This document shows positions 32,064 to 33,613 of a DNA stretch of 33,613 nucleotides, piece by piece. Where the stretch lies: UHGV virus genome UHGV-0204359; one strand, written 5' to 3'. The translations under genes were made by a program, and so were the position numbers. This stretch comes from a virus. The notes under the pieces were generated by a model, which worked only from the letters and a program-made list of their open reading frames with translations, made no database searches and was not told the origin of the DNA. Position 1 is the first letter of the stretch. The number at the start of each line of letters is the position of its first letter.

Positions 32064-32796
32064 CTTTGTGCTGTATACCGAGTATATGGCTCAAATAGAG
32101 CTCCTAAACATGGAGCAACGGGGCGAACTGCTTACCGCAATCATGAATCATGCGCTTGGCAGAGCGTCGCCGGAGTTGGACGCCGTCACATCAATGGCCT
32201 TTAGCTTTATCAGTTCCAGAATGGACAGAGACGGCGAAAAGTACGAAAAGACAGTGGAGGCACGAAAAGAAGCCGGTAAGATGGGCGGCAGGCCTAAAGC
32301 AAATGGTTTTTCGGAAAAGCAAACGAAAGCAAAAAAAGCAAATGGTTTTTCGGAAAAGCAAACGAAAGCAAAAAAACCTGTATATGATCCTGATAATGAT
32401 CCTGATAGTGATTGTGATAATGATAAAAATAATATGTCGCCGCCCACAAGTGGGGGCCGCCCTGCATACCAGTATGCGGAGATTGTTGATTATCTGAATC
32501 AAAAAGCCGGGACACGGTACAAACACTCATCAGAGGATACCCGTAAGCATATACGGGCACGGGTCAATGATGGCTATACCCTTGATGATTTTAAGACCGT
32601 GATTGACCGCAAAGTCAAGGAGTGGAAGGGTACGGAGTGGGAGAAGTTTTTGAGACCGTCCACCCTGTTCGGGAGCAAGTTTGAAGGATATTTGAACCAG
32701 ATGGACGGGCCGAGATATGCAAAAAAAACAGGCTTTAGCAATTTTCAAGAGCGGGAATATGACAAGGATTTTTTGGAAAGTCTTGTCGGAAAGTAG
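32053..32796 (+). CDS. replication initiator protein
   Basis: N-terminal RDSFVLY...L..EQRG.LL.AI...AGKMGGRP; C-terminal I.DYLN.KAG..Y...I.AR..DGYT.DDFK.VID.K..EW......LRPSTLFGSKFEGYLNQ. Confidence 0.88.
   Translation: MRDSFVLYTEYMAQIELLNMEQRGELLTAIMNHALGRASPELDAVTSMAFSFISSRMDRDGEKYEKTVEARKEAGKMGGRPKANGFSEKQTKAKKANGFSEKQTKAKKPVYDPDNDPDSDCDNDKNNMSPPTSGGRPAYQYAEIVDYLNQKAGTRYKHSSEDTRKHIRARVNDGYTLDDFKTVIDRKVKEWKGTEWEKFLRPSTLFGSKFEGYLNQMDGPRYAKKTGFSNFQEREYDKDFLESLVGK
32296..32436 (+). repeat. probable origin: 2 x 39-bp exact tandem repeat plus GAT-periodic AT-rich tract
   Basis: AAAGCAAATGGTTTTTCGGAAAAGCAAACGAAAGCAAAA at 32296-32334 and 32335-32373, followed by GATCCTGATAATGATCCTGATAGTGATTGTGATAATGATAAAAATAAT, all inside the initiator gene. 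Confidence 0.75.
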
Positions 32797-32802
32797 GAGG
32801 AT

Positions 32803-33051
32803 ATGACGGTGACAGAGGAGAAGATGGAGAAGATCCGACGGCTGGAAAAGTTGCACGGTGTCAAGGTCGGGGAGCGCATAAAGCTCCGCATACAGAGCAC
32901 ACTGCGGGACGAGGAGGTGGACAGCAACGGAGTGCATGAGATCTGTGGGAAAATCTATCAGTTGTATGAGCGGTTTGTGGTTATCAAGACCAGCTTCGGG
33001 ACGCACCCGAGCTACTTCTGGAGCGATTTTGAAAAATGGAGGGCGGAGTAA
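32803..33051 (+). CDS. hypothetical phage protein
   Basis: RBS AGGAGG; operon continuity. Confidence 0.7.
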   Translation: MTVTEEKMEKIRRLEKLHGVKVGERIKLRIQSTLRDEEVDSNGVHEICGKIYQLYERFVVIKTSFGTHPSYFWSDFEKWRAE

Positions 33052-33416
33052 TGAGCGAGGACGAAAAGAAAGCACTTTTGGATGAACTTGAAAAGCGATT
33101 CGAGGAAAAGTATAAAGGCTGTCTTACCAGAGAAGATGTGTTTAAACCTCTGAAAGAGCCGAGAGAGAAATGGTTTAAGGACGAGAATGGTGGTTGCGGA
33201 AATTCGCTGATGGCTGAAGCATTCGGTTCCAGTATCATTGCATGGCAGGTATGGGAAACTATCCGAAAGCTGACCTGCGTTATTTGCGGGAAGCAGTATG
33301 TACGTCAGATTGCCGGAATCGAAGAAGCACCGGAGATTGCGGAAAAGATATGCCAGTATATCTATGATCTGGCGGTGGAGTTTAAGGAGGAGAAAAAAGA
33401 TGGCAAAGAAATTTGA
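33051..33416 (+). CDS. hypothetical phage protein
   Basis: ATG 33051 overlaps the previous TAA; ...WQVWETIRKLTC.ICG. Confidence 0.7.
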   Translation: MSEDEKKALLDELEKRFEEKYKGCLTREDVFKPLKEPREKWFKDENGGCGNSLMAEAFGSSIIAWQVWETIRKLTCVICGKQYVRQIAGIEEAPEIAEKICQYIYDLAVEFKEEKKDGKEI

Positions 33417-33613
33417 ACTGACGGCAGAGTTTGTGACAAATATTTTCGGAAATAAGCTTTTCCGGATTAAGGCACTGATGGCATTCGGAGACGTCAAAGA
33501 GGGCGAGCTTGGCGGATATGTGGAGAAAGAAGAGAACCTTGATCATGACGGCGATGCATGGGTCTCCGGCAATGCACAGGTCTCCGGCGATGCACGGGTC
33601 TACGGCGATGCAT
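33400..33613 (+). CDS. 5' part of the hexapeptide-repeat protein (continues at 1-422)
   Basis: RBS AAGGAGG; MAKKFELTAEFVTNIFGNKLFRIKALMAFGDVKEGELGGYVEKEENLDHDGDAWVSGNAQVSGDARVYGDA, open to the window end. Confidence 0.85.
   Translation, partial: MAKKFELTAEFVTNIFGNKLFRIKALMAFGDVKEGELGGYVEKEENLDHDGDAWVSGNAQVSGDARVYGDA

Larger units (their letters stand above)
1..33613. mobile_element. complete temperate siphovirus genome, circularly permuted
   Basis: All modules present once (integration, immunity, replication, packaging, head, tail, lysis); no host genes; ends join in frame. Confidence 0.88.

Overview
The window looks like one complete, circularly permuted ~33.6-kb temperate siphovirus genome from a Firmicutes host (Clostridia/Lachnospiraceae-like host is an inference). 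A hexapeptide-repeat gene starts at 33400, runs off the right end and continues in frame at 1-422, and an intact attP-like site sits beside the integrase, so this is probably the excised or virion form. Gene order: middle/accessory genes (HNH, DNA methyltransferase, Lar-like, PemK-like; 412-5325), late activator and promoter (5404-5960), terminase, portal and A118/SPP1-like head genes with an inserted Dps/ferritin-like gene (5971-12954), neck/tail/baseplate (12970-21810), lysis (21882-23222), a self-contained AbrB-fold + acidic-protein moron (23273-23880), attP and integrase (23890-25250), an immunity-side accessory cassette (25438-27091), the genetic switch (27268-28200), and early recombination/replication genes (28228-33416). 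Best leads: (i) an unannotated 43-aa ORF behind a perfect sigma-A promoter with a LexA box, converging on a repressor that lacks a self-cleavage domain, a candidate SOS-induced repressor-mimic antirepressor; (ii) three 'antisense promoter over the RBS + short terminated counter-transcript' modules, two of them paralogous; (iii) an aca/acr- or toxin-antitoxin-like moron; (iv) several structured RNA leaders that hide Shine-Dalgarno sequences; (v) a Dps-like gene in the head module and a homologous beta-rich domain fused to both major capsid and major tail proteins. All family assignments are from motif recognition by eye; no database searches or folding programs were run.
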